Of a stretch of 64,000 bases of DNA, positions 54,460 to 62,237 are shown piece by piece. How positions within the stretch are numbered: the first letter of the stretch is position 1; the number at the start of each line of letters is the position of its first letter. The DNA comes from Actinomycetota bacterium. Lineage in GTDB: Bacteria; Actinomycetota; Actinomycetes; S36-B12. The DNA lies in contig JADKGE010000003.1 of NCBI GenBank assembly GCA_016717115.1, forward strand, positions 85,037-149,036, given 5' to 3'. Under the pieces are notes generated by a model that ran no database searches, was not told the DNA's origin, and saw nothing but the letters and a program-made list of their open reading frames with translations. Position numbers and translations under genes: made by a program.

Positions 54460-56460
54460 TCAGCCCCCGCTGCTGTCCCCGAGATCGCGGTAGACGAAGG
54501 CGTCGGCGGGCACCGCCGCGGTGCCAGGCGTCGTTCCGGGCATGATCGCGAAGGTCGGCTCGAACTGGGTGAGCACCTCGGCGAGCGTCAGCAGGGGAGT
54601 CGGGTCGCCCTCGAGCGTCGCGGTACCGTCCACGACCTGCTGCTGAAGGGGGACAACGCCGATCATCGCTTTCTCGAGGTCGGACCGGTTGATCGTCAGC
54701 GTGAGGTCGGCAGCCTCGGCAACGAAGCCTTGGAGGCTGGTCAGTGTCCCGTTGCTCAGCTCGACGACGAAGGACTCGTCGTTGTCCGGCGTGATGAGGT
54801 TCATCACGAACGAGGCATCGCCGACCTTGGAGCTGTCGAGGCGGATGCCCAGGTAGTCCAGGAACTGCTGTGTGCTCAACGCGCGGACGAGATCCGGGCC
54901 GGTGCTCTTGGGCGCGACGCCGGATGGGATACCCGACCGCAGCTCGAGGGCCGCGGCCAGGAAGCTGTTGCGAACGCTCGGGCTCTCCTGCTGGTAGCCC
55001 ACCTGCTCGAAGGCATCGGCGAGCAGGTGGCGGCCCGCTTCGTTGTCCGGCTCCGCGTAGACGAGCTTGTTGAGGATCTCGATCGCAAGCAGGTACTCGC
55101 CGGCGTCCATCAGCTGCCCCGCCCTGGTGAGGATGGCAGCGGGCCCGCCCATCATCTCGACGAACAGGGGTGCTGACTCCCGCGGCGCGAGCGGGATGAG
55201 GGTGGCGGGGTTGCCGTCCCAGTAGCCGAGGTACCGGTTGATCACCGCTCGGGAGTTGTGCTCTACCGAGCCGTGGTAGCTCCGCGCGGCCCAGTCCCGT
55301 TGCAGCGACTCGGGCACCTGGTAGATCCGGTGGATCTCATTGATCGTCACGCCCATGTTCGCCAGATGCATGACTCCGTTGTTGAGATGCGCATAGGCGT
55401 CTCGCTGCGTGCGCATGACCTCCTGGATCCGCTCGTTTCCCCACCGTGGCCACGAGTGCGAGGCGAACATGACCTCGGCGTCTCGGCCGAACAGGTAGAG
55501 CGCCTTGTTGATCTGGCGTGACCACTCGAGGGCGTCGCGCACGAGTGCGCCACGCAGCGTGTAGATGTTGTGGATTGTCGCGACGATGTTCTCGGCCGCC
55601 CAGAACGCCTTGAGGTCGGGGAACCAGGTGTTCATCTCGGCCGGGGCTTCGGTGCCCGGCGTGTTCTGGAACACCATCCGCACACCGTCGACCGTGAGCT
55701 CCTCGATGTCCTCGACGATGTCGACTGTCGGGGGAATCAGGCCGACAGACCCCGCAGCGACGCCCTTGCCGATGGCCTGGTCGACGTGGCCGAAGGGACT
55801 GCGATCGAGGAGCGACCCGTACTGGTAGAACATCCGCCGGTTCATCGCGTTGCCGGCGTACACGTTCTCCGCGACGGCGTGCTCGAGGAAGCCGATAGGG
55901 GCGATCACCGGCACCTTGCCGGACCGCACGTCCGCCTCGTCGACCACCCCGTGCGCGCCACCGAAGTGGTCGCCGTGCGAGTGCGAGTAGACGACGGCGA
56001 CGACCGGTCGCGGTCCCAGCTGCTCGTTCACCAGGGCGAGGGCAGCGGCCGCCGTCTCGGTCGCAGTGAGGGGGTCGAACACGATCCATCCCGTTTCGGA
56101 CCGGATGAAGGAGATGTTGGCAAGGTCGAAGCCGCGCACCTGGTAGATGTGGCCGGGCACGACCTCGTACAGGCCGTACTCCATGTTGAGGATCGCTTGA
56201 CGCTGCAGCGACGGGTGGATCGAGTCGAAGTCCTCCCCCGTGAGCAGGAAGTCGTAGGCACCCATGTCCCACGCGACGTGTCCCGCCGCAGCCATGATCT
56301 GGCGGTAGGGCGGGGCCGCGATGAAGCCTCGCCGGGCCTCCTGGAAGTCCCGCTCGTCGTCGAAGGGCAACTGGGTGCGGACGGCGGCCCGCACCGCAGA
56401 CGTCGCTGGGGAGGGCAGTTTTCCAAGCTCGTGAAAATGCTCGTAGGCCATCGAAGTCAC
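54460..56460 (-). CDS. Alkyl/aryl-sulfatase of the metallo-beta-lactamase fold (SdsA1 / YjcS-like)
   Basis: VVYSHSHGDHFGGAHGV is the MBL zinc motif. Central dimerisation region and C-terminal SCP2-like region, 666 aa. Confidence 0.8.
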   Translation of the reverse strand: MTSMAYEHFHELGKLPSPATSAVRAAVRTQLPFDDERDFQEARRGFIAAPPYRQIMAAAGHVAWDMGAYDFLLTGEDFDSIHPSLQRQAILNMEYGLYEVVPGHIYQVRGFDLANISFIRSETGWIVFDPLTATETAAAALALVNEQLGPRPVVAVVYSHSHGDHFGGAHGVVDEADVRSGKVPVIAPIGFLEHAVAENVYAGNAMNRRMFYQYGSLLDRSPFGHVDQAIGKGVAAGSVGLIPPTVDIVEDIEELTVDGVRMVFQNTPGTEAPAEMNTWFPDLKAFWAAENIVATIHNIYTLRGALVRDALEWSRQINKALYLFGRDAEVMFASHSWPRWGNERIQEVMRTQRDAYAHLNNGVMHLANMGVTINEIHRIYQVPESLQRDWAARSYHGSVEHNSRAVINRYLGYWDGNPATLIPLAPRESAPLFVEMMGGPAAILTRAGQLMDAGEYLLAIEILNKLVYAEPDNEAGRHLLADAFEQVGYQQESPSVRNSFLAAALELRSGIPSGVAPKSTGPDLVRALSTQQFLDYLGIRLDSSKVGDASFVMNLITPDNDESFVVELSNGTLTSLQGFVAEAADLTLTINRSDLEKAMIGVVPLQQQVVDGTATLEGDPTPLLTLAEVLTQFEPTFAIMPGTTPGTAAVPADAFVYRDLGDSSGG

Positions 56461-56521
56461 GCTCCAGTCCGCTCACGCCGGTGCCCGAAGGGGGGCCACC
56501 GAGGGCACCCTAGCCGTGTTC

Positions 56522-57283
56522 TCAGGCGTTCCGGCGATGGTAGGTGGAGGTGGCGACGGCTATCCCGACAACGAGGATGCCGAGGCACCAGGCGAGGGCG
56601 ATCCAGATGTCCGCGCTGACCGCCTGCTGGGTGAGCAGGTCGCGGAGGGAGTTGACGATGGGAGTCACCGGCTGGTTCTCAGCGAAGGCTCGCACCGGGC
56701 CGGGCATGGTCTCGGTGAGCACGAATGCCGAGCTGACGAACGGCAGCAGGATCAGCGGATAGGAGAAGGCACTCGCGCCGTCGACCGTCTTCGCGGCCAG
56801 GCCTGCGACGACAGCGAGCCAGGTCAGCGCAAGGGTGAACAACATCAGGATGCCGGCGATCTCAAGCCAGGCCAGCACCCCCGCCGCGGACCGAAATCCC
56901 ATGAGCAGAGCCACGAGCACCACGACAACGATCGAGATGAGCGTGGCGACCACCGAGGTCAGCACGTGCGCCCACAGCACGGACGACCGGGAGATCGGCA
57001 TGGACTGGAAGCGCTCGAAGATGCCGCTCTTCTTGTCCATGAACAGGCGGAAGGCGGTGTAGGAGATGCTCGACGCGATCGTGATGACCAGTATGCCGGG
57101 CAGCAGGTAGTTCACGTATGCGTCGGACCCGGCATCGATGGAGCCGCCGAAGACGTAGACGAACAGCAGCATGAAGGCGATGGGCATGAGCGTCGTGGTG
57201 ATGATCGTGTCCGGGCTGCGTGCGATGTGTCGCAGGGAGCGTCCCGTCAGCAGGGCTGTGTCGCCCACGAAGTGACTGGCCAT
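56522..57283 (-). CDS. ABC-2 type exporter permease (DrrB-like)
   Basis: 253 aa with 6 TM helices. LRHIARSPDTIITTTLMPIAFMLLFVYVFGG. Confidence 0.8.
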   Translation of the reverse strand: MASHFVGDTALLTGRSLRHIARSPDTIITTTLMPIAFMLLFVYVFGGSIDAGSDAYVNYLLPGILVITIASSISYTAFRLFMDKKSGIFERFQSMPISRSSVLWAHVLTSVVATLISIVVVVLVALLMGFRSAAGVLAWLEIAGILMLFTLALTWLAVVAGLAAKTVDGASAFSYPLILLPFVSSAFVLTETMPGPVRAFAENQPVTPIVNSLRDLLTQQAVSADIWIALAWCLGILVVGIAVATSTYHRRNA

Positions 57284-57292
57284 GTCCTCTCC

Positions 57293-58072
57293 TCAGGTGC
57301 TCGAATTGCCGGCGCCGACAACGGCGAGGAAGACGTCCTCCAGGCTCGGCTGCTTCTCGACGTATTGGATCTCCACGGGTGGGAGGAGCCGCTTGAGCTC
57401 GGCGAGCGTCCCGTTCGCGATGATCGTGCCCTCGTGGAGGATCGCGATGCGGTCGGCCAGCTGCTCGGCCTCGTCGAGGTACTGCGTGGTCAGCAGCACG
57501 GTGGTGCCTTGTCCGGCGAGTTCCCTGATGCAGCTCCACACCTCCAGCCGGGACTGTGGGTCGAGTCCGGTCGTCGGCTCGTCGAGGAAGATCACCGGGG
57601 GATTCCCGATGAGGCTCATGGCGATGTCGAGCCGGCGACGCATGCCGCCCGAGTACGTCGCGACCCGGCGCCCACCTGCGTCGGAGAGCTGGAAGCGGGC
57701 CAGCAGGTCATCCGCGATACGGCCGGCGACCTTCTGATGCCGCAGCCGGGCCATCAGCGCGAGGTTCTCGCGCCCGGTGAGGATCTCGTCGACGGCGGCG
57801 AACTGCCCGGTGAGGCTGATGGACTCCCGCACGCTGGCCGACTGGGTGAGGACGTCGAAGCCAGCGACGGTGGCCATGCCCGCATCGGCCTTGAGCAACG
57901 TGGACAGGATCCGCACGACCGTGGTCTTGCCGGCACCGTTGGAGCCGAGTAGGGCGAAGATGCTGCCTCGCGCCACGTCGAAGTCCACGCCGCGCAGCAC
58001 GTGCACCTCCTGGAAGGACTTCTCCAGCGCCTGAACCTGCAGCGCGGGCGCAGCGATCGACTGGCTCGTCAT
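57293..58072 (-). CDS. ABC exporter ATP-binding protein (DrrA-like)
   Basis: ATG at 58072. Walker A GSNGAGKTT, signature YSGGMRRR, Walker B VIFLDEPTTGLD. Confidence 0.85.
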   Translation of the reverse strand: MTSQSIAAPALQVQALEKSFQEVHVLRGVDFDVARGSIFALLGSNGAGKTTVVRILSTLLKADAGMATVAGFDVLTQSASVRESISLTGQFAAVDEILTGRENLALMARLRHQKVAGRIADDLLARFQLSDAGGRRVATYSGGMRRRLDIAMSLIGNPPVIFLDEPTTGLDPQSRLEVWSCIRELAGQGTTVLLTTQYLDEAEQLADRIAILHEGTIIANGTLAELKRLLPPVEIQYVEKQPSLEDVFLAVVGAGNSST

Positions 58073-58446
58073 GAGTCGGCCTGCTGTCCTCGCTCCGCAT
58101 CCTGGATCGCCTTGGTCAGGCGGGCGCGTTCCTTGTCGATCCACCGCTTGCCGGTGTACGCCTGAACGAACGCATCAGCGAACTCGACCGGATCCTCTCC
58201 GACGATCGCGCGCACAGGTGTTCCGTCCTCAGCCGCCCGCTCCCATAGATCGACGAAGTCGCCCATCATCGTGAGGGACCCCTCCGCATCCATGACCGCG
58301 CCCCCGTTGTACATGAAGTACCTGTACAGCGCCCGTGCCGCAGCGGCGTACGGCTCGGGCAAGGCCTCCATGCGGCCCCGGTATTGCCTGTACCGCTTCT
58401 TCTGATCGAGCGACCCGGTAACAAGTTCGATCCACCTTGCGGCCAT
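58069..58446 (-). CDS. DUF1048 family protein
   Basis: ATG at 58446. LDQKKRYRQYRGRMEALPEPY...FADAFVQAY is typical of the PadR-DUF1048-ABC arrangement. Confidence 0.65.
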   Translation of the reverse strand: MAARWIELVTGSLDQKKRYRQYRGRMEALPEPYAAAARALYRYFMYNGGAVMDAEGSLTMMGDFVDLWERAAEDGTPVRAIVGEDPVEFADAFVQAYTGKRWIDKERARLTKAIQDAERGQQADS

Positions 58447-58447
58447 G

Positions 58448-58777
58448 TCAATTGTCTCCTTGGCGGAGCTGTTCGAGCTGCTCTGTGAGGAAGCTCCAGG
58501 TCCTCCAGAACTCTTCGAGGTATTCGCTTCCCTCAGCGTTGAGGGAGTAGACCTTGCGAGGCGGCCCCTTCTCGGACGGGACCTTCTCCACGTCGACGAG
58601 ACCGCGCTGCTCGATCCTGATGAGCAGGGCGTAGACGGTCCCTTCGGCAATGTCGGAGAAGCCCTTCTCCCGCAGCCATGCCGTGATCTCGTAGCCGTAC
58701 GCGGACCGGCCGGACAGGATCGCGAGAACGATGCCCTCCAGCGTCCCCTTGAGCATCTCCGTCACCTGCTTGCCCAT
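58448..58777 (-). CDS. PadR family transcriptional regulator
   Basis: LKGTLEGIVLAILSGRSAYGYEITAWLREKGFSDIAEGTVYALLIRIEQRGLV...RKVYSLNAEG. Confidence 0.9.
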   Translation of the reverse strand: MGKQVTEMLKGTLEGIVLAILSGRSAYGYEITAWLREKGFSDIAEGTVYALLIRIEQRGLVDVEKVPSEKGPPRKVYSLNAEGSEYLEEFWRTWSFLTEQLEQLRQGDN

Positions 58778-58796
58778 AGAAAGCGCCCGCCTCTGC

Positions 58797-58838
58797 TACT
58801 CAGTGTTAGTGACTACCGGTAGATAGTAACACTGAATA
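58797..58838. promoter_or_regulatory. 42-bp imperfect palindrome, candidate PadR operator
   Basis: TACTCAGTGTTAGTGACTACC | GGTAGATAGTAACACTGAATA matches 17 of 21 positions per arm. It starts 20 nt upstream of the PadR start, in a low-GC patch. Confidence 0.55.
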
Positions 58839-58999
58839 GCGGGCTGAGCGCAACCCCGACTCGACGCACGCCGAGTGCGGAGGCGCGAGAGGACGTCCCT
58901 GGTTGATCGAGTCCACACCAGTTCCTCGGCGATGCCGTGCTGGGTGGGTGATGGGTGGATAGGCTGCGCGGATCTCGAGCAGACAAGGGGAGGGACGAC

Positions 59000-59905
59000 A
59001 TGCTCTGGATCCCGGGCGGGTCCTTCCGCATGGGGTCGGATGCGCATTACCCGGAGGAGCCTCCGGCTCGCGTGGTCGAGGTCAGCGGCTTCTGGATGAG
59101 CCCGACCACCGTCACCAACATGGACTTCGCCCGGTTCGTCGAGCAGACCGGCTACGTCACCGTGGCGGAGCGACCCCTGGACCCGAGGGATTTCCCGGGT
59201 GCTCCGCAGGAGAATCTGGCGCCGGGCTCGATGGTCTTCACGGGGACGCCGGGGCCAGTCGATCTGCGGCATCTGAGCCAGTGGTGGACGTGGACGCCCG
59301 GGGCCTGTTGGCGAAGCCCGCAGGGGCCCAAGAGCGATGTCGCGCACCTTGGCAACCACCCCGTCGTCCATGTCGCGCACGAGGATGCGGCCGCCTACGC
59401 GGCGTGGGCCGGGCAGGGTCTGCCGACCGAGGCCCAGTGGGAGCGTGCTGCACGAGGTGGCCTCGATGGCGCCACCTACGTGTGGGGTGATGAGCCCGAG
59501 GCCCCCGGCGAGCGTCTCGCGCACCACTGGCACGGCGACTTCCCGTGGCGAGCTGACGCGGGCTACGGCACGACCGCACCCGTCGATTCCTACCCCGCCA
59601 ACGGCTATGGGCTGTTCCACATGGCCGGCAACGTCTGGGAGTGGACCGACGACTGGTACGTCGAGGCGAGATTCTCGGATTCGTCACCCTGCTGCGCTCC
59701 ACGGGACCCCCGCGGGGGATCGGCCGAGGAGAGTCTCGACCCACGGCAGCCGCAGTTCCGCGTCCCCCGCAAGGTCATCAAGGGGGGCTCGTTCCTGTGC
59801 GCCGACTCCTACTGCATGCGGTACCGGCCCGCCGCCCGCCGTCCCCAGATGATCGACACCGGGATGAGCCACATCGGCTTCCGCTGCGTAGGGACTGACG
59901 CATGA
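59000..59905 (+). CDS. Formylglycine-generating enzyme (FGE / SUMF1 domain)
   Basis: ATG at 59000 follows AGGGGAGGG. MLWIPGGSFRMGSD...YPEEPPARVVEVSGFWMSPTTVTN..F..FV..TGYVT.AE...GNVWEWTDDWY...KGGSFLC...YCMRYRPAAR. Confidence 0.85.
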   Translation: MLWIPGGSFRMGSDAHYPEEPPARVVEVSGFWMSPTTVTNMDFARFVEQTGYVTVAERPLDPRDFPGAPQENLAPGSMVFTGTPGPVDLRHLSQWWTWTPGACWRSPQGPKSDVAHLGNHPVVHVAHEDAAAYAAWAGQGLPTEAQWERAARGGLDGATYVWGDEPEAPGERLAHHWHGDFPWRADAGYGTTAPVDSYPANGYGLFHMAGNVWEWTDDWYVEARFSDSSPCCAPRDPRGGSAEESLDPRQPQFRVPRKVIKGGSFLCADSYCMRYRPAARRPQMIDTGMSHIGFRCVGTDA

Positions 59906-60112
59906 GTACCGGCGCACCCCCGCGTCCGGCCACTCGCGTTAGGGCGCATCGTCGGTGCCATCGACTGGACCTCGGCGTGGACCGTGGTCCGGTAGCTGAC
60001 ACTGCCTGACGCGATCCTCCTGCCGCCGTGGACTCGGTTGGCACTCAGGTGCGGGGTAGCCTCGAATGAACGAACGTTCCCGGTTCGGCCGACAGCATGG
60101 GACGGAACGGTC

Positions 60113-61342
60113 ATGGCGGCGTCACGGATGACTCGGATCCTCGTAGCCGGAGCGGCAACGGCTGTCCTTCTGGCGGGAATGGGCGTGCCGGCCGCGCAAG
60201 CAGACACGTTTGTCGACGGGCAGGCGTTCGGACTGCACGTGCCCAAGATCGCCAATGGAGTTGTGCCGACGGTGTCCTACGGTGCCGTCCGGCTGTGGGA
60301 TGCGGGCGTCTCGTGGGGTCAGATCGAGCAACATCGGGCGCAGTACTGGTGGGTGGGCATGGATCGTGCCGTGCAGGCCGCGAACGCCCAGAACGCGCAG
60401 ATCCTGTACGTGCTGGGATCCACACCGACGTGGGCTGCCTCGAAGAGGTCGCAGGGAACGTACCCGAACAAGGGAGCGGCATCGAATCCGCGGTACCTCT
60501 CCGACTGGCGGCGGTGGGTGACCGCCGTCGCCACCCGCTACGGACCGTCGATAGACGCGTACCAGATCTGGAACGAGGCCAACCTCACGACCTTCTGGCA
60601 GGGCACTCCGCGCCAGATGGCGCGCCTCACTCTCGAGGCGCAGCGGATCATCCACCGCCTCGACCCGACGGCCAAGGTCGTGGCGGCCAGCAGCACGGTT
60701 CGGCTGCGGAGTGCCTTCACTCGGCTCTTCCCTGCGTACTTGCACGAACTGCGACGTGTCGGGTGGCCGGTCGACGTCTTCTCCGTCCACACGTACGGGC
60801 CCAGCACCTCGACCCCTGCGCTGCGCGCCACCTACGTGGCCCTGGCCCGGGCGGAGCTTCGCGCTGCTCACGCACCCGTCCGGCCGCTGTGGGACACCGA
60901 GGTGAACTACGGAATCAAGGGGCCGGGCTCCAAGTACCCAGACAAGGACATCGGGGGAACAAAGGCCGCCACGTACGTGGCGCAAACCTACCTGGACAGC
61001 GTGCGGCTGGGCGTCGCACGCACCTTCTGGTACTCGTGGTCGGCAAGGAACGATCTCCTTGGCATCACGATGAACACGGGGTATCCGGGGTCGACGGCCT
61101 TCCAGACCACGCACGACTGGTTGGCCGACTCTCGCGTGAACTGCCGCGACCGCCACGTGCGGATCTGCCGGATCAACCGTATGGGGATCCTGTCAATGGT
61201 GGCGTGGACGAGTTCGGGCCACACCGGCGCCGTCACGGTTCCCTACTACGCCACCCGTACCTGCGACGCACGAAACAGGTGCCAGGCGATCGCGCCGGGC
61301 ACGCGCCTGCGCATCGGTCGGATGCCCCGCTGGTTCGGCTAG
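60113..61342 (+). CDS. Secreted glycoside hydrolase-like TIM-barrel protein (clan GH-A type)
   Basis: ATG at 60113 with a signal peptide ending AAQA. YQIWNEANL is an acid/base-type NE motif. The family assignment is not secure. Confidence 0.5.
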   Translation: MAASRMTRILVAGAATAVLLAGMGVPAAQADTFVDGQAFGLHVPKIANGVVPTVSYGAVRLWDAGVSWGQIEQHRAQYWWVGMDRAVQAANAQNAQILYVLGSTPTWAASKRSQGTYPNKGAASNPRYLSDWRRWVTAVATRYGPSIDAYQIWNEANLTTFWQGTPRQMARLTLEAQRIIHRLDPTAKVVAASSTVRLRSAFTRLFPAYLHELRRVGWPVDVFSVHTYGPSTSTPALRATYVALARAELRAAHAPVRPLWDTEVNYGIKGPGSKYPDKDIGGTKAATYVAQTYLDSVRLGVARTFWYSWSARNDLLGITMNTGYPGSTAFQTTHDWLADSRVNCRDRHVRICRINRMGILSMVAWTSSGHTGAVTVPYYATRTCDARNRCQAIAPGTRLRIGRMPRWFG

Positions 61343-61665
61343 TCCTGACCGACATCCCGGTCAGGCGGGCTCGCAGATCCCCGCCGTGAAGACGAGGGCG
61401 TTGTCTCCGTACGCGGCGATGGATTCCACCCTGGCGCTGTCGCCCTCGGCGGCCGACGAAGCCTCAGCCCACACCACGATGTAGGCGTTGTGCCCCTGTT
61501 CAGGCTCGCGCTGCCCACTTCCTTGCGTGACGGCTGAAGCCGGGCGTCCGGTCGTGAATGACGCATCGGCGACCCCTCCCAGCACCGCGCGGTGCGCCTC
61601 TCTCACACCCCTTGCGCAGTTGTCCGCGAAATAGAGTCGACAGCGTCAGAACGTGGAGCGATGTC

Positions 61666-62034
61666 ATGAGCATGCGTGCTGGGCCAGACCAGGAAGGCGC
61701 TCCCGTCAGCCACGTGGCTGCACCCGCCCCGGCCGATGTGTCCGCGAGCCGAGGATGGCGATTGGCAGTGACGACGTCGGCGGTCCTCGTGCTGGTCCTG
61801 GCGTCAGTGGCGCTCGTCGCCGGGTGGCGAGGCGCCGATTCCGTCCTCCGTGTCATCCCTGACTACTCCCCGCAGGCGCCCATCACGGCCGTCTGCCTGG
61901 CGTTGCTGGCGGGATGCGTCCTGCTCTCCCTCTGGCAGACCAGAACATGTACGAGGACAAGGCACGACGGAAGGCGGCGCAGGCACGTCCCTGACCATGC
62001 TCGTACGGAGGACCCCGTTCGCCGGATTGCATGA
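61666..62034 (+). CDS. Possible N-terminal fragment of a membrane sensor protein
   Basis: WRLAVTTSAVLVLVLASVALVAGW...APITAVCLALLAGCVLLSLW is followed by an Arg-rich tail with no output domain. Weak SD. Confidence 0.2.
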   Translation: MSMRAGPDQEGAPVSHVAAPAPADVSASRGWRLAVTTSAVLVLVLASVALVAGWRGADSVLRVIPDYSPQAPITAVCLALLAGCVLLSLWQTRTCTRTRHDGRRRRHVPDHARTEDPVRRIA

Positions 62035-62237
62035 TTCGCTCGAAAGAGAGTCGGGACGCGCGAAGCGTGCTCAGTCACTGGGCCAGTCGACAGCTGGGAT
62101 CCAGCCATCGTCGACGGTCGGTATCGGCATCTGTGGACTCGAGACGGTCGGCTGCTCACGGCACCCCTGACACAGGCCCGACGGTAATGTTGCCGCGTCT
62201 CGCGAAGCAGGGCAGGACACTGACGAGAGGGCCACAG

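Noticed and set aside
61361-61606. An 81-aa minus-strand ORF downstream of the glycoside-hydrolase gene.
   Set aside because: No SD, no domain signature, and it overlaps the 5' region of another weak ORF. The support is insufficient.
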